Source of the DNA: Williopsis jadinii
Lineage: Eukaryota
Length of the DNA stretch: 64,000 nt
Assembly: GCA_024346625.1 (NCBI GenBank)
Contig: AP024664.1
Location: 3,968,001 to 4,032,000 of the forward strand
Reading direction: 5' to 3'
The position numbers and the translations under genes are program-made. The notes beneath the pieces were generated by a model. It saw only the letters and a program-made list of their open reading frames with translations. It did not search any database and was not told the origin of the DNA. Of the stretch, positions 1 to 11,045 are shown piece by piece. The number at the start of each line of letters is the position of its first letter. Within the stretch, counting starts at the first letter, position 1.

Positions 1-113
1 GCCGTAAAAGCTTTTCGATTCCAACCTCTTTCTTAGTCAAGTCGTGTGGACATTCAACGTTGTTCTGTGCCTATTGACGTTAGAGAGACCTTGGAGAGGT
101 GGAACGTGGCACG

Positions 114-2054
114 ATGGGTTACTCTATGAAGCAAAAGATCGACATTTGCCTCATGAGTGAGGCAAATCCCAGTATGACTCAAACGGATCTTGCTCAATGG
201 GCAAAGACAAGGTTCAACTCCACGAAACCACCATCTCAGACCACAATCTCGAGGATATTGGCCAAGAAGGATGCCCTCATCTCTCTGAAAGAGCACGAGT
301 ACAAGCTTATACGGCGAAGACGCCTCTCAAACACGCTCTTGAGGAAAGTGCTGCTGGAATGGATCACACAATGCGTGTGGAACAACATTCCAATAACGTC
401 TCCAATCATACTGAGCTCAGCAGCCAACTTTTGGAAGCAGTTACCAGAGACGATGAAAGACGGGACTGGTGAGTTCTCGTTCAAATGGTGCTCTCAGTTC
501 TTGTCGAGGGTCAACATCAACTTGTCGACCATTGACCGGGACTTATATGCCAACAGGCTCCATGTCTGGACATTTGAAGAGAGAGAGAACCTGAAGTCGC
601 TGTTTACAGGTGTGGATCCTTCAAAGATCTTCACTGTGCAGGAGATGCTGATCAGTCACGACCTGCCCTTGGACAAGGCTCTTTATCACGATAGCTCTGA
701 TTTTCTCACTTGTATGCTGTGTACGAACGTTGACGGGTCGGAGAGGTTGGACCCCTTGATCATTGGAAGGTACGAAGACTACCCGTCTTTTGAGTCGAAA
801 TCATCGATGAAGGCAGCTACAAAGCACGGCGTCAGCTATCGCAGCAATCGTAAGAAATGGCTCACCTCGACTGTTTTCTACGATTGGCTGTGTGTCCTTG
901 ATAAGAGATTGGCACTTGTCCAAAAGGATATTATTTTGGTACTTGATGACACTGCTTCGCACAGAGTTGTTAACATTAAGCTTCAAAGGATTCGTCTGTT
1001 GTACACCTCTTCAAATTCTAACTTCTTACCTATGGCCTGGGGTGTTGAGAACGATCTACGGTTGAATTTCAGAATTGCTCAATACGAAAAGCTCAGACAA
1101 AAGCAGGTCTCGCTGAGGGATAAGATCTTGTCAGATCAGGAGTTGCATTTCACTATGGCAGACACGTTTGACCTAATTAAAGTGGCATGGGCAAATTTGC
1201 CCGCCTCTAGGATCAAATCTGCTTGGAAGCAGTCTGGTATATTACCAGATTCCATCACACAGTCGTTCGGGAAGGTTCGAATGTTCGATGACACTTTGGA
1301 GACGAAACTGGTGGATGCTATTGACTCTTTACTAGTGCAGGAGAAGTGGGATGTACTATCGCTTATGGATCTAAGCATTGAGAAGAAGATCAACAAGACT
1401 TTTCTTTCAAACCAGGAGATCATCGAGTCCTGTATCGTTGATAACTACGACGATTTCGACCACAGTACTGGGAAACAATTAAGAGCTCCATTCTCACATA
1501 CATTGGGACAAGAATTCCAGCCACTTCGAAGATTTGGCCAGGTCCGTCGTAAATACGGATATTACTCCAATGGAAGCACACCTACGGACTCCACATCGCC
1601 CAGAATCCCGTCAGACTACTGGGACCTGGACAACTTCCAGTTTGATGGTAATATGGCAGACTTTTATATGCTTGGGAATGAACCCTCGCCAGCACAAGCG
1701 CAAGCACCTGTTACACAGGTTCAGCTCATGTCTGAATTGGCACCTTCTGCGCAGACCTGGGGGACATTTGCACCAAATACACAGCCATACATGGCCCAAC
1801 CTTTGGAGTCGTCAAGCCTCACGCCTGCAGATATCAGATTCGGGTTGAATAACTTGGAGTTTGGTGTGACTAGCGATGCCATGTTAAGCCCGACCCAGAT
1901 GATCTCCAACGAAGAGAAGCTGGAGATTATTCACAATTTTATGAACTTGGTGGAGTCTGATCGTTCTCTTCTACTCTCCAAGAGTGCAAAGAACGAGATT
2001 AACGACCTCTACCAGAGATTACTGCATGACATTACTTCGCATCCATCCGTTTAA
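114..2054 (+). CDS. PDC2: Pdc2 transcription factor (CENP-B-type HTH + degenerate DDE_1 domain)
   Basis: N-terminus (ICLMSEANPSMTQTDLAQWAK...PSQTTISRILAKK...EWITQCVWNNIPITSPII) closely parallels S. cerevisiae Pdc2. First ATG is at 114. Adjacent to PET100 as in S. cerevisiae. Confidence 0.9.
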   Translation: MGYSMKQKIDICLMSEANPSMTQTDLAQWAKTRFNSTKPPSQTTISRILAKKDALISLKEHEYKLIRRRRLSNTLLRKVLLEWITQCVWNNIPITSPIILSSAANFWKQLPETMKDGTGEFSFKWCSQFLSRVNINLSTIDRDLYANRLHVWTFEERENLKSLFTGVDPSKIFTVQEMLISHDLPLDKALYHDSSDFLTCMLCTNVDGSERLDPLIIGRYEDYPSFESKSSMKAATKHGVSYRSNRKKWLTSTVFYDWLCVLDKRLALVQKDIILVLDDTASHRVVNIKLQRIRLLYTSSNSNFLPMAWGVENDLRLNFRIAQYEKLRQKQVSLRDKILSDQELHFTMADTFDLIKVAWANLPASRIKSAWKQSGILPDSITQSFGKVRMFDDTLETKLVDAIDSLLVQEKWDVLSLMDLSIEKKINKTFLSNQEIIESCIVDNYDDFDHSTGKQLRAPFSHTLGQEFQPLRRFGQVRRKYGYYSNGSTPTDSTSPRIPSDYWDLDNFQFDGNMADFYMLGNEPSPAQAQAPVTQVQLMSELAPSAQTWGTFAPNTQPYMAQPLESSSLTPADIRFGLNNLEFGVTSDAMLSPTQMISNEEKLEIIHNFMNLVESDRSLLLSKSAKNEINDLYQRLLHDITSHPSV

Positions 2055-2173
2055 TACTGCCCTTCTTTATAGGGCTCTGTTTTATCAAATCCGTCTAATG
2101 ACGGCACATTGTATTAACACTGTAGATTTTATGTTATATATATACAAGTCGCTTGCCACACCCTCCTTCTGCC

Positions 2174-2574
2174 TCACTTATCCTCTTGTTCAGACTGGGC
2201 CTTGAACTTTGCCCTCTCTTCCTCAATATCGATACCGAATTCCTTAGCGAGCTTCTCCTCCAAGAGCCTTCTCTTCTCCAGCGACTCCTTCTTCATTCTC
2301 GCCAACTCCGCCTTGATCTCATGACGCTCCTTAGGAATCTTGTTCGTCGTCTCAGGATCTGGCCAGAACCCAGGCACGTTGAACTTCTTGTCAGCATCAA
2401 TACCAACGTAGTACATCACACCAATTGGCGTTAGAAGGTAGAACGTGAACTGTGCGCACTCCTGTTAGTACAACGAACGCCGCTACATCACCACACACAG
2501 ACTCGTCAACATACTCTGAACAGCTCCAGCTGCGATCTGCTTAGCCTTGGGAACAGTTTGCCTAACAATGACAT
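2174..2574 (-). CDS. PET100: Cytochrome c oxidase assembly factor Pet100 (2 exons, 111 aa)
   Basis: Exon1 2574-2515 (MSLLGKLFPRLSRSQLELFR); intron 2514-2450 (GTATGT...TACTAAC...CAG); exon2 2449-2174 (FTFYLLTPIGVMYYVGIDADKKFNVPGFWPDP...). Confidence 0.93.
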
Positions 2575-2872
2575 TGGTGCTGTGTCTCGTCTCTCTGCTT
2601 CGCTGTAGCGTTCCATTGAAGGGACTCAGAGCCCGGTCTGTTAAGTTTTTCTTGGGCAACCGTCAGTTGCCCCTACCAGGAAGAGGAGTTGGAACACCCG
2701 GACACCCGAAGTGATTACATAATCCCACCGCGAACACGTTTTGCAGTGTTGCGCGAACCCGGAGAGCCGCCCCGTCTGTGTGAAAGTTTTTCCGATGCTC
2801 ATCGAATCAAAATTTGTGCGAATGTAAGAAATTTGCGACTGCTTTGACCCTTTAGCAAAACTCCAACCTTCA

Positions 2873-3901
2873 ATGGAACCACAGCTGAAGAGGCCGAAAG
2901 TTGAGTCGTCTGCCGCTAATAACAACATGTCAATCACCACTCCTCTACGGATCTGTACCCACAGTGGCTCTTTCCACGCCGACGAGGCGTTGGCGGTCTA
3001 CATCTTACGTCTCTTGCCAAAGTTCAAAGAGAGTACGCTCGTGAGATCACGTGACCCAGCGAAATGGGAGGAGAGCGATATCGTTGTTGACGTTGGTGGT
3101 AAGTATGACGGTGTGAAGTTCTTTGACCATCACCAGAGAGGATTCGAGGAGACCTTCTCCGCTGATTTCCAGACCAAGTTGAGTTCCGCAGGGTTGGTGT
3201 ACAAGCATTTCGGGAAAGAGGCCATTGCGCAAGTTATCAAGAACGACGATACACACACACTGGAACTCCTGCACAAGAAGATCTACGAGGAGTTCATCGA
3301 GGCTGTTGATGCCAACGACAACGGTATCAGCGTCTACGAAGAGACGTCCAAACCGAGATTCAAGGAGAACGGCTTCAAGCTTTCATCCGTGGTACATTGG
3401 TTGAACCCACTGTGGAACGAGGGTGATAGCGATGCCGACTTCGACAGACAGTTCTTGTTGGCCTCCGAATTCATGGGAACCACCTTCGTCAACGTTGTGA
3501 AGAACTTTGGATTGGGATGGTTGCCTGCAAAGCAGTTGGTTCAGGATGCATTTGCTAAGAGATTTGAAACCCACGAGTCTGGTAAGATCATGCTCTTTGA
3601 CCAATTTGCGCCATGGAAGGACCATCTCTTCACCATTGAAGACGAAGCTGGTAAATCTGGCGAAGTGTTATTCGTGCTCTTCCCAGATTCAACAGGTAAA
3701 TGGAGAATCTCCACAGTTCCGATCCAGGGGAAGGGCTTTGAAAATAGAAAGGCATTACCAGAGGAATGGAGAGGTTTGAGAGACGATGCTCTTAGTGAAA
3801 AGACTGGAGTTGAGGGATGTATCTTTGTACATGCCGCAGGGTTCATTGGAGGTGCACAGACCAAGGACGCTGTTATCAAGTTGGCTCAGATGAGCTTGTA
3901 A
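2873..3901 (+). CDS. MYG1: MYG1-family exonuclease (UPF0160)
   Basis: THSGSFHADEALA, VDVGG, FDHHQRGF, LSSAGLVYKHFG and FVHAAGFIGG motifs. Confidence 0.93.
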   Translation: MEPQLKRPKVESSAANNNMSITTPLRICTHSGSFHADEALAVYILRLLPKFKESTLVRSRDPAKWEESDIVVDVGGKYDGVKFFDHHQRGFEETFSADFQTKLSSAGLVYKHFGKEAIAQVIKNDDTHTLELLHKKIYEEFIEAVDANDNGISVYEETSKPRFKENGFKLSSVVHWLNPLWNEGDSDADFDRQFLLASEFMGTTFVNVVKNFGLGWLPAKQLVQDAFAKRFETHESGKIMLFDQFAPWKDHLFTIEDEAGKSGEVLFVLFPDSTGKWRISTVPIQGKGFENRKALPEEWRGLRDDALSEKTGVEGCIFVHAAGFIGGAQTKDAVIKLAQMSL

Positions 3902-5332
3902 TCGTTATAACTTGGGGTTATTTAGGCTCTTTAAACGGATGCACATTATTAGGGTGAAGGTGGACCAGGGCCCACACACATATCTCCTCCATACCTCCCA
4001 GTAGTTCTATATCTGCTGCACTCTGAAACAGCTCTCACTGCAACAGGCTGGCAAGAACAACCCAGGCTCCCCATTTCGTATCCAAACCTCACGCTCTGTG
4101 CTTGGAGAACTGCACAAGTACATGCATCCTGTCAGGGACGCACAGCATCCTACCCAGCCTTCGAAGCACATCAGCTGGGACAGCTTGTGTAGACGTGCCG
4201 TAAAACAGCAGTAATGGGGGACCTAAACGACCGGACATCACGGCTTCCCACGATGAGTCTCTCTCCACGCTTATTTAGGCACTGATGATGTTATCAAACA
4301 CCGAGTGGGCATGAGCCCGCTGCCCTGGACGAAGTTTCCTGTATACACTTCCCCAGCCCGCCTCATCGTGGGAGAGAGAGGAGAATCCCTGACACTTGTC
4401 TTCAGAAGCGTGAAGCCCTGATGAGACACTTCCGTTTTTACAATCAGAACCTCACCTATGAGCACACTATATCACATTAACTGTACCAGTGAGCTGAGCA
4501 TTCCGGTGATGATGTGATCTTCATCGTACACCAATTGATCGTCTCTTCACGTCCCAGAAGGCCCACCAGGCTGCGCGTACCAACGCTTTTCCAATGCTTC
4601 ACAGGCTCAGCCTATAACGAGCGCGCGAGCCCAAAAGCCCCCCAAAAAAATAAAAAAAACGTAAGATGGCGCGCGTGGACGCGTGGACGCGCCCCAAAAA
4701 CCCACAAATCCAAAGGGGAGTTTTCTCGTGTGTGTGTGTTTTTTTTTCCTTCGCACGCTCTTTTTCTCCCTCCTGGGCAAATCCCAAACGGAGGGGGGAA
4801 AAACACACACATTCTCCTCTGTGAAGTCACCAACTAGTTTTGAGAGGCGGTTTCAACGAATATAAGCACACTTCATTGCGCAAATTTGCTATACTTTTCT
4901 GGATTCATCTGCTTGTCTGTGAATGAGCTTTGTCGACTTTGTTAGAACTTGTGAGTTAACTGATTTGTTTTGTTGTTTTTCTTGTTTCATTGTTTCATTG
5001 TTTTGTTTACGTTGTTTACTTTGTGTCGCTGGTGGGAAAATGTGTGTAAACAGTGTTTGTTTACAAATGAGGTTTGCTTGAACAATGGACGGCGGCACGG
5101 TGAAAAGAGCATGGCGGTTCGTTCATCTCACAGGGCGGGAAGGTGCTATGCCATTGGTCTCAGTGGGAATCGTCATCAAAGCGGACATTGGCCATTAGTT
5201 TTGATCGAAACTCATCCGCCCAACGGTGAAGTTCCTGTTCCCATTCTCTTCCTGTGTGTGTTTCTACCGTCCCGCTCGATTTGCGCCGCCCTCGGACCTC
5301 GTCCCACACACATCAAAGAAAAACTGGCCAAA

Positions 5333-5535
5333 GTAAGCTGGAATATTGTGTGTGTAACGGAATGTGTTTCACACTGCTCAAAGGAGGCTCTCTTTGCCCA
5401 AATTTTCCAAACCCTTGTACGTATACACACAGAGGACACAATAGGGTTAGTGGAAAGAAGTTGAACAAAACAGGTACGACAAGAAGAGTGAACACGTCGA
5501 ACGTTGTGTGTACTAACGATACGGGTGAGATATAG
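5333..5535 (+). other. Probable 5'-UTR intron of BEM2
   Basis: GTAAGC at 5333, TACTAAC at 5511-5517, TAG at 5533-5535, then ATG at 5570. The donor position is less certain (GTACGT 5417 and GTACGA 5474 are alternatives). Confidence 0.6.
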
Positions 5536-5569
5536 AGGGAGGAATCAGCTTTTTTTTGCAACGGTCACG

Positions 5570-8500
5570 ATGATGAAGAAATGGTCTTCAAGGCGCTCAA
5601 GACGTAAGAGCGTTCAACCGGAGAGAGAGCCTTCAAGTCTACAGGAGGTTTACACAGCCAATGCCGGGAGCCGGAGTCATTCACAGTTGTCACTGGACTC
5701 CCAAAGTACTCTCAATGCGCCAATAACGTCCACGATGGTTGGGTCTGAATCGCACAGCTCCTTACAATCTTCTGTGTCGCAAGGTAACAGCAACACGTTT
5801 GGCTCTGCAAGCCAGACAAACACGTCAAAGGCTAACGGCAGTACGCTGCAACTTTCAATGTCCTCTTTGAACGTTTCGTCCAAGTCGAGGCCATTCACAT
5901 ATGAGAACTATGACACCACTGTGGTTAAAACGGGATGGATCAACAAAGGTCATAATATCACCAATTGGTCAAACACAAGCTCTGACTCTTGGAGAATTTA
6001 CAAAGCTGTGTTAGAGGGACCTGTACTCTCGCTCTACAAGCTACCACAGGAGCTGAACATCAAGTCATTTGACGTGAAAAGTAGCGCTAATAATCATAAT
6101 TACCATCATGACAACAATCCTAATAATGGAGGCATCACAGGCAGCAGCAGTGCTTCAAACAACAATAACATCAATGATATCTCAGATATTCACTCACTAC
6201 GACAGAAGAGAATGTCCCAAATATCACGGTCTGACCTTAAGGCAAGCATAAGGGCACAGAAAGCTCAACTTGAACAAGAGGATTCGAAAACCGATGCTTC
6301 TTCCAAGAAGTTGAAATATCTATCTGAAGTTTATCCACATCCTGATCTACAACTCAGCGAGACTAACTCGATCACTTCTGGTACACTCGAGGCAATGTGC
6401 CATACAGTCCTGTTCAATACTTTGCACGATGACAAATTATCGTACAATTTACTTATGGTGTTACCTGTCTTTGGAGACCCAAAGGATTATCTGAGGTACT
6501 TTAATGCATATGCAAATGCGTTCATTGCACAAGGCAGAGTGACAAGGTCTAATCCGGGTTCCAAGATTGTGGTCTCAAATAACACTGATTACGCAGTTAG
6601 ACAGAGATTGGGGTTGGTGGTTACAACTTTTATCGATTCATTCCCAGGAATGCTTCTAGATGATGAGATTTCAGAACTTTTGTTCAGTTTGGTCAAGGGG
6701 TTATCAAGTTACGATGAGAGACTAGCACATAAGCTCAAAATTGATTTGACACATCGTCAAACCTATATGAAGAACTTGACGAGTTATAAATCTTCACCAT
6801 ATAACCCCTCAGGCTCGAAAGATTTAACCATTGTGGAGAATTTTCTTAAATTGGATCCAAAACATTTGGCGGAACAGATAAACATCATCGATTTGAAATT
6901 CAACAGTTTGTGGAATCCCAAATCGGATGCATCTCTGCTATACGAATTGAAAAACCTCACCTATCCAAGGATGAACCCACTAATATTTAATTACAACACA
7001 AATATCCATTACTTGGGAAGGTTAATTGTTACGCATTTATTTGCAGTACATGATCCAATTCATGGGGAGGTACAACGTTCACGAGTTTTAGAGAGATGGA
7101 TTGAAATTGGTTGCATCTTTGATAAAATGGGTGATATGGTCAGTTGGTTGGCAATTGCCACGTTAATTTGTTCGGTGCCGATCCTGAGGTTGAAAAAGAC
7201 ATGGTCCTTGGTTGATGAAAGACTATTGAATATTATATCGTCCGAATGGGCACCAGTGGTTTTCGAACTTGACAGAAGAAATATCGTTTGTGAAGCAAGT
7301 CACAGATCGTCATATCATGTTATTGCACCCCAGGGATTGGGTGAGACTTATTCCAAAGAGGATGTCGTTCCGTATTTTGGTGATTTGACGGTTAAATTTG
7401 TCCCAAACTCGCCTCTCAAACAATGTGAAAAGAAAGTTCAAAGGGTAAAGATCTCCTTCAGCAGATGGGATGACTATCTGTCGATGGTGACAGATGTCGA
7501 ATCTTTGAAGCCAAGACCTAAAGTCGAAGATGAATCGCTTCAATCTCAACTCTACAATTTCTTATCAAACCACGTGTCATTAGAGCCATTGACTCTGTCT
7601 TCAGTTATGGAGTTTAGTATTTCAAGTGAACCGGCCTCAGTGGGTGCCTTTCACCATGACGAAGCAAGAACTCCGTTGACGACGGGTTCGTTTTTACCAG
7701 TTTTATTCACTGAGATAATACCATCTTACAAAATCTTTAACCAAAAGATTCTCATTGGGGCTGGTGGCTTCGCTATGCGCTCGGATCTTGATGACACAGG
7801 ATCGTCGGATACCATGAAGTTAACCAGAGAACAACAAAACGGATTTATCAAATCTGTGAAGAATACACTTGGTTGTGGTTCCAATAAGTTACTTGTCGGT
7901 GAGGATCTGGTGTTTAAACCCATTTTGACTCAAAATGATACGAAGAAAAATCCATCGTTGATTTTGCTGGAAAATCCTTCAAGTAGAAGGCTGTCCATGA
8001 TTTCAAATTCACGTTTCTCTGAAATTGCTCTGGCCGATGCTGATAACGATGATAATGCTCTGGCTAATGGAGTGTTTGCAGGTCTTGATAGCTCTGATGT
8101 CTTAAATACTTTGATCAAACCTTTAAACGTTGCGTTCAATGCTGGAACATTTGATAAAATGGTGGATGTCTTGGTTTTGACCGCAAACGTCTTCTCGAAA
8201 AAGATCAAGAGGTCTGAGGCTGAGAAATTCCTGCTGAAATCCAACCTGCTAGACAACCAATATGTGAAATTAAAGATGGACAACGGTGTCTACACCTCAA
8301 CGTTCTTTGCAACCTATAAGAGTTTTGCCACCACTGCACAGCTTATTGAGGCATTGTCAAAAAGGTTCAGTGGTTCTAAATCAGTTTCGATCTCTATTAG
8401 CCATTTGAACTCCAACTCTGATAGCACCTTCCCGGATTGGGATAAAAATGTCTCGTCAAGTTCGCCTGAGTTAAATTGGTCTTTTGTTGGCAATGTGCAA

Positions 8501-10873
8501 ATCGGAGTCTTAGAGGCCCTTTCCATCCTAGTCACAGACCACTATGCAGATTTTACAGATGATCTCAAGAACAAGCAATTGTTTATCGACTTGCTACGTC
8601 TGATTGATCGTGAAATTGTAATCGTGTGGCCGGAGACACTCGCTCAGACACCTGATGATAGTGAAGTCAAGACGGAGCTTTCCAACCTCTATGCTGTGTT
8701 GTCAACTTTGTACAAGAAAATCCGAAAATCATTCATCAAAAGGTGTTATAGACCATTGGATTTATTCCCTGAACAATTGAATTCATCTGTTGATAGTTTG
8801 TGCATGGTTCCCTTACCAAAGGCTCTTGGGGAAGCAGAATTGTTTGTGGAGAAACTGGATTCATTCGTCAACCACCTTTCATCTGCTGTCACCACTTCAG
8901 ACTGGATTGAAGTCTCGGAAATTATTGAAAGCCAAACCGGTAGTTCCCTGATCGGATTCTACAGATACAAGAGTTCTTCTAATGATCTAGAAAAACTTCA
9001 GATCCTGAATATTTTCTCATGGATTAAGACACTTTATAGTGATAAACCTGATGATCTTATTATTGACAGAGTTCCGCCAACTGTTCGAACACTCTTGAAT
9101 GCACACGATAATTTGGAAAAATACTTCAAACTGCAAATTGTGAACACGACAATTAGTAAGGACGAACGAATTGCCAATATTCAAGCTATTTTGCAAATTT
9201 TGAGCATCGCCAGATTTAGAATGAGGGGTGCTGCTATATTTGATGAGTCTTGTGAATCTGAATTTGGAATTGCATCAACGATACCATCCTTTATTGAATC
9301 CGCAATATTGCAAGCTATTGTTAGCCCCGAATCTCGTGCATTCCAAGGAAGTTGGTATTCTGTCTCTGGATCACATACAAGTATTTCTGAACTGTTAACC
9401 GATTTGAACACTCAAGATCTCTCGGAAAACATGAAGTCACCATTAACACCATGCCCAGGTTGGTTCATCGAAAGACTAATGGAAGTTTCCAATTGTGTGC
9501 CTCATCATGCTTTGATTGATACCAATCTGATAAACTTTGACAAGCGTCGTTTCACTTATAACTGTGTTTCTAACATTATGGCATTATACTATGCAAGTAA
9601 TAGGGAGTCTGTGGAAGCTGAGAATAACGATTATGGGTTCATTTTGAAATCAAACTTGGTAATTTTACCAAAATTCGACGATGTTTTGGAAACTGCTCAG
9701 TTAGAGAACACCGAGCACACCACGACAAAATTATTTGATAGAACATTGGAATTTGAAATTGAGAAGAACATGAGGGATGCGCTCAAAAGGGACGGCCTGA
9801 ATAACCAACAGATGGAATTCAAGAGATCTCAATTGCTTGCCCAAGCAAGTCGATCGTCTGCTTTTGGCTCAAATGAGCATTTAAGCCTGTCGAATGATTC
9901 ACAGCGGAGAAGTCGTCAAACCAACATATCTCCTTCAAAATCTACTGGTATGAAGAGGCTTGGTGGGCTGCTCAAGTCTGTCCGTCCATTCTCCATAAGT
10001 GTTGGTTCTGGCTGGTCAGGGTCTGATAGAGTAGTTCATCCGGATGAACTTCCAGATGTCAATCAAGTTGATCTCAATGGGAAACTTTCTAAGCCATACC
10101 AGCAGATTACCCTTTTCCACCATAAACCATTATTTGTTCATTCAAACATTGAGGGTTTCTTCAAAATAGTCAGTGAAAATAGTGGCGAAGAGTATTACTT
10201 CCAGGCCACTAGTAATTCCGAGGCTCAGAGCTGGATTTCTGCCTTGAACATGTGTAAGAGATACACATATCTATCTAGTGATGCCCAAGGCTTAACGAGT
10301 TCGAAAGTGTTCGGTGTTCCAATATCTGATGTTTGTGATAGAGAAGGTACTTTGGTTCCTGTTGTTGTGGAAAAATTATTAAGTGAAATTGAGAAGAGAG
10401 GGTTGGATGAAACTGGGCTTTATAGAATTCCAGGTTCTGTCGGCAATATAAACTTATTGAAGCAAGCGTTTGACCAAGGAGAGGAGGTTTCTCTGAATCA
10501 CGATATCCATACCATTGCAGGATGTTTTAAGGCATATCTAAGAGATCTTCCAGAGAGTTTATTCACCAGTGTTCTATTACCAGAGTTTGTCTCTTCCACC
10601 AAGAGCGGGGACTTGACCCAGAACCTGCGGGTCCTGTTGGTACAACTACCAGAACACAACTACCAAGTCTTACAAAGACTGTTTGGCCATCTGCACAAGG
10701 TTGTTCAACATTCAGATTCTAATAGGATGGATGCTGTGAACCTAGCAATTGTGTTTTCGATGAGCTTTATCGATGGTGACAATGTTGGTTTCAGTATGGG
10801 CTCAGATTTAGGCGCATTGCAAAGCATTTTACAGTGCATGATTAAGGATCCAGATTCTGTATTCGCTGGATGA
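5570..10873 (+). CDS. BEM2: Bem2-like RasGEF-PH-RhoGAP protein
   Basis: C-terminal RhoGAP (VFGVPI..., GLDETGLYRIPGS, NRMDAVNLAIVF), PH-like EYYFQATSNSEAQSWISAL, RasGEF-like VVPYFGDL. Lies between MYG1 and OXA1 as in S. cerevisiae. First ATG 5570. Confidence 0.88.
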   Translation: MMKKWSSRRSRRKSVQPEREPSSLQEVYTANAGSRSHSQLSLDSQSTLNAPITSTMVGSESHSSLQSSVSQGNSNTFGSASQTNTSKANGSTLQLSMSSLNVSSKSRPFTYENYDTTVVKTGWINKGHNITNWSNTSSDSWRIYKAVLEGPVLSLYKLPQELNIKSFDVKSSANNHNYHHDNNPNNGGITGSSSASNNNNINDISDIHSLRQKRMSQISRSDLKASIRAQKAQLEQEDSKTDASSKKLKYLSEVYPHPDLQLSETNSITSGTLEAMCHTVLFNTLHDDKLSYNLLMVLPVFGDPKDYLRYFNAYANAFIAQGRVTRSNPGSKIVVSNNTDYAVRQRLGLVVTTFIDSFPGMLLDDEISELLFSLVKGLSSYDERLAHKLKIDLTHRQTYMKNLTSYKSSPYNPSGSKDLTIVENFLKLDPKHLAEQINIIDLKFNSLWNPKSDASLLYELKNLTYPRMNPLIFNYNTNIHYLGRLIVTHLFAVHDPIHGEVQRSRVLERWIEIGCIFDKMGDMVSWLAIATLICSVPILRLKKTWSLVDERLLNIISSEWAPVVFELDRRNIVCEASHRSSYHVIAPQGLGETYSKEDVVPYFGDLTVKFVPNSPLKQCEKKVQRVKISFSRWDDYLSMVTDVESLKPRPKVEDESLQSQLYNFLSNHVSLEPLTLSSVMEFSISSEPASVGAFHHDEARTPLTTGSFLPVLFTEIIPSYKIFNQKILIGAGGFAMRSDLDDTGSSDTMKLTREQQNGFIKSVKNTLGCGSNKLLVGEDLVFKPILTQNDTKKNPSLILLENPSSRRLSMISNSRFSEIALADADNDDNALANGVFAGLDSSDVLNTLIKPLNVAFNAGTFDKMVDVLVLTANVFSKKIKRSEAEKFLLKSNLLDNQYVKLKMDNGVYTSTFFATYKSFATTAQLIEALSKRFSGSKSVSISISHLNSNSDSTFPDWDKNVSSSSPELNWSFVGNVQIGVLEALSILVTDHYADFTDDLKNKQLFIDLLRLIDREIVIVWPETLAQTPDDSEVKTELSNLYAVLSTLYKKIRKSFIKRCYRPLDLFPEQLNSSVDSLCMVPLPKALGEAELFVEKLDSFVNHLSSAVTTSDWIEVSEIIESQTGSSLIGFYRYKSSSNDLEKLQILNIFSWIKTLYSDKPDDLIIDRVPPTVRTLLNAHDNLEKYFKLQIVNTTISKDERIANIQAILQILSIARFRMRGAAIFDESCESEFGIASTIPSFIESAILQAIVSPESRAFQGSWYSVSGSHTSISELLTDLNTQDLSENMKSPLTPCPGWFIERLMEVSNCVPHHALIDTNLINFDKRRFTYNCVSNIMALYYASNRESVEAENNDYGFILKSNLVILPKFDDVLETAQLENTEHTTTKLFDRTLEFEIEKNMRDALKRDGLNNQQMEFKRSQLLAQASRSSAFGSNEHLSLSNDSQRRSRQTNISPSKSTGMKRLGGLLKSVRPFSISVGSGWSGSDRVVHPDELPDVNQVDLNGKLSKPYQQITLFHHKPLFVHSNIEGFFKIVSENSGEEYYFQATSNSEAQSWISALNMCKRYTYLSSDAQGLTSSKVFGVPISDVCDREGTLVPVVVEKLLSEIEKRGLDETGLYRIPGSVGNINLLKQAFDQGEEVSLNHDIHTIAGCFKAYLRDLPESLFTSVLLPEFVSSTKSGDLTQNLRVLLVQLPEHNYQVLQRLFGHLHKVVQHSDSNRMDAVNLAIVFSMSFIDGDNVGFSMGSDLGALQSILQCMIKDPDSVFAG

Positions 10874-11045
10874 ACCAAAAAGAAAACGAACAGAAGCTGT
10901 GCTGTTATTAAAAAAAGACGTTGTATAAGAGGCAATGAACATCTTATTATTATATATATTTCAAAGTCATGTTTGGTAATACTAACAGGATGTTGTTGAT
11001 ATTTACAAGTTTCAATGGAGAGAGGAAAAGATCATCAACACATGA

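Noticed and set aside
10980..10988. TACTAACAG in the BEM2/OXA1 terminator region
   Set aside because: No good donor upstream in an AT-rich 3' region; likely chance.
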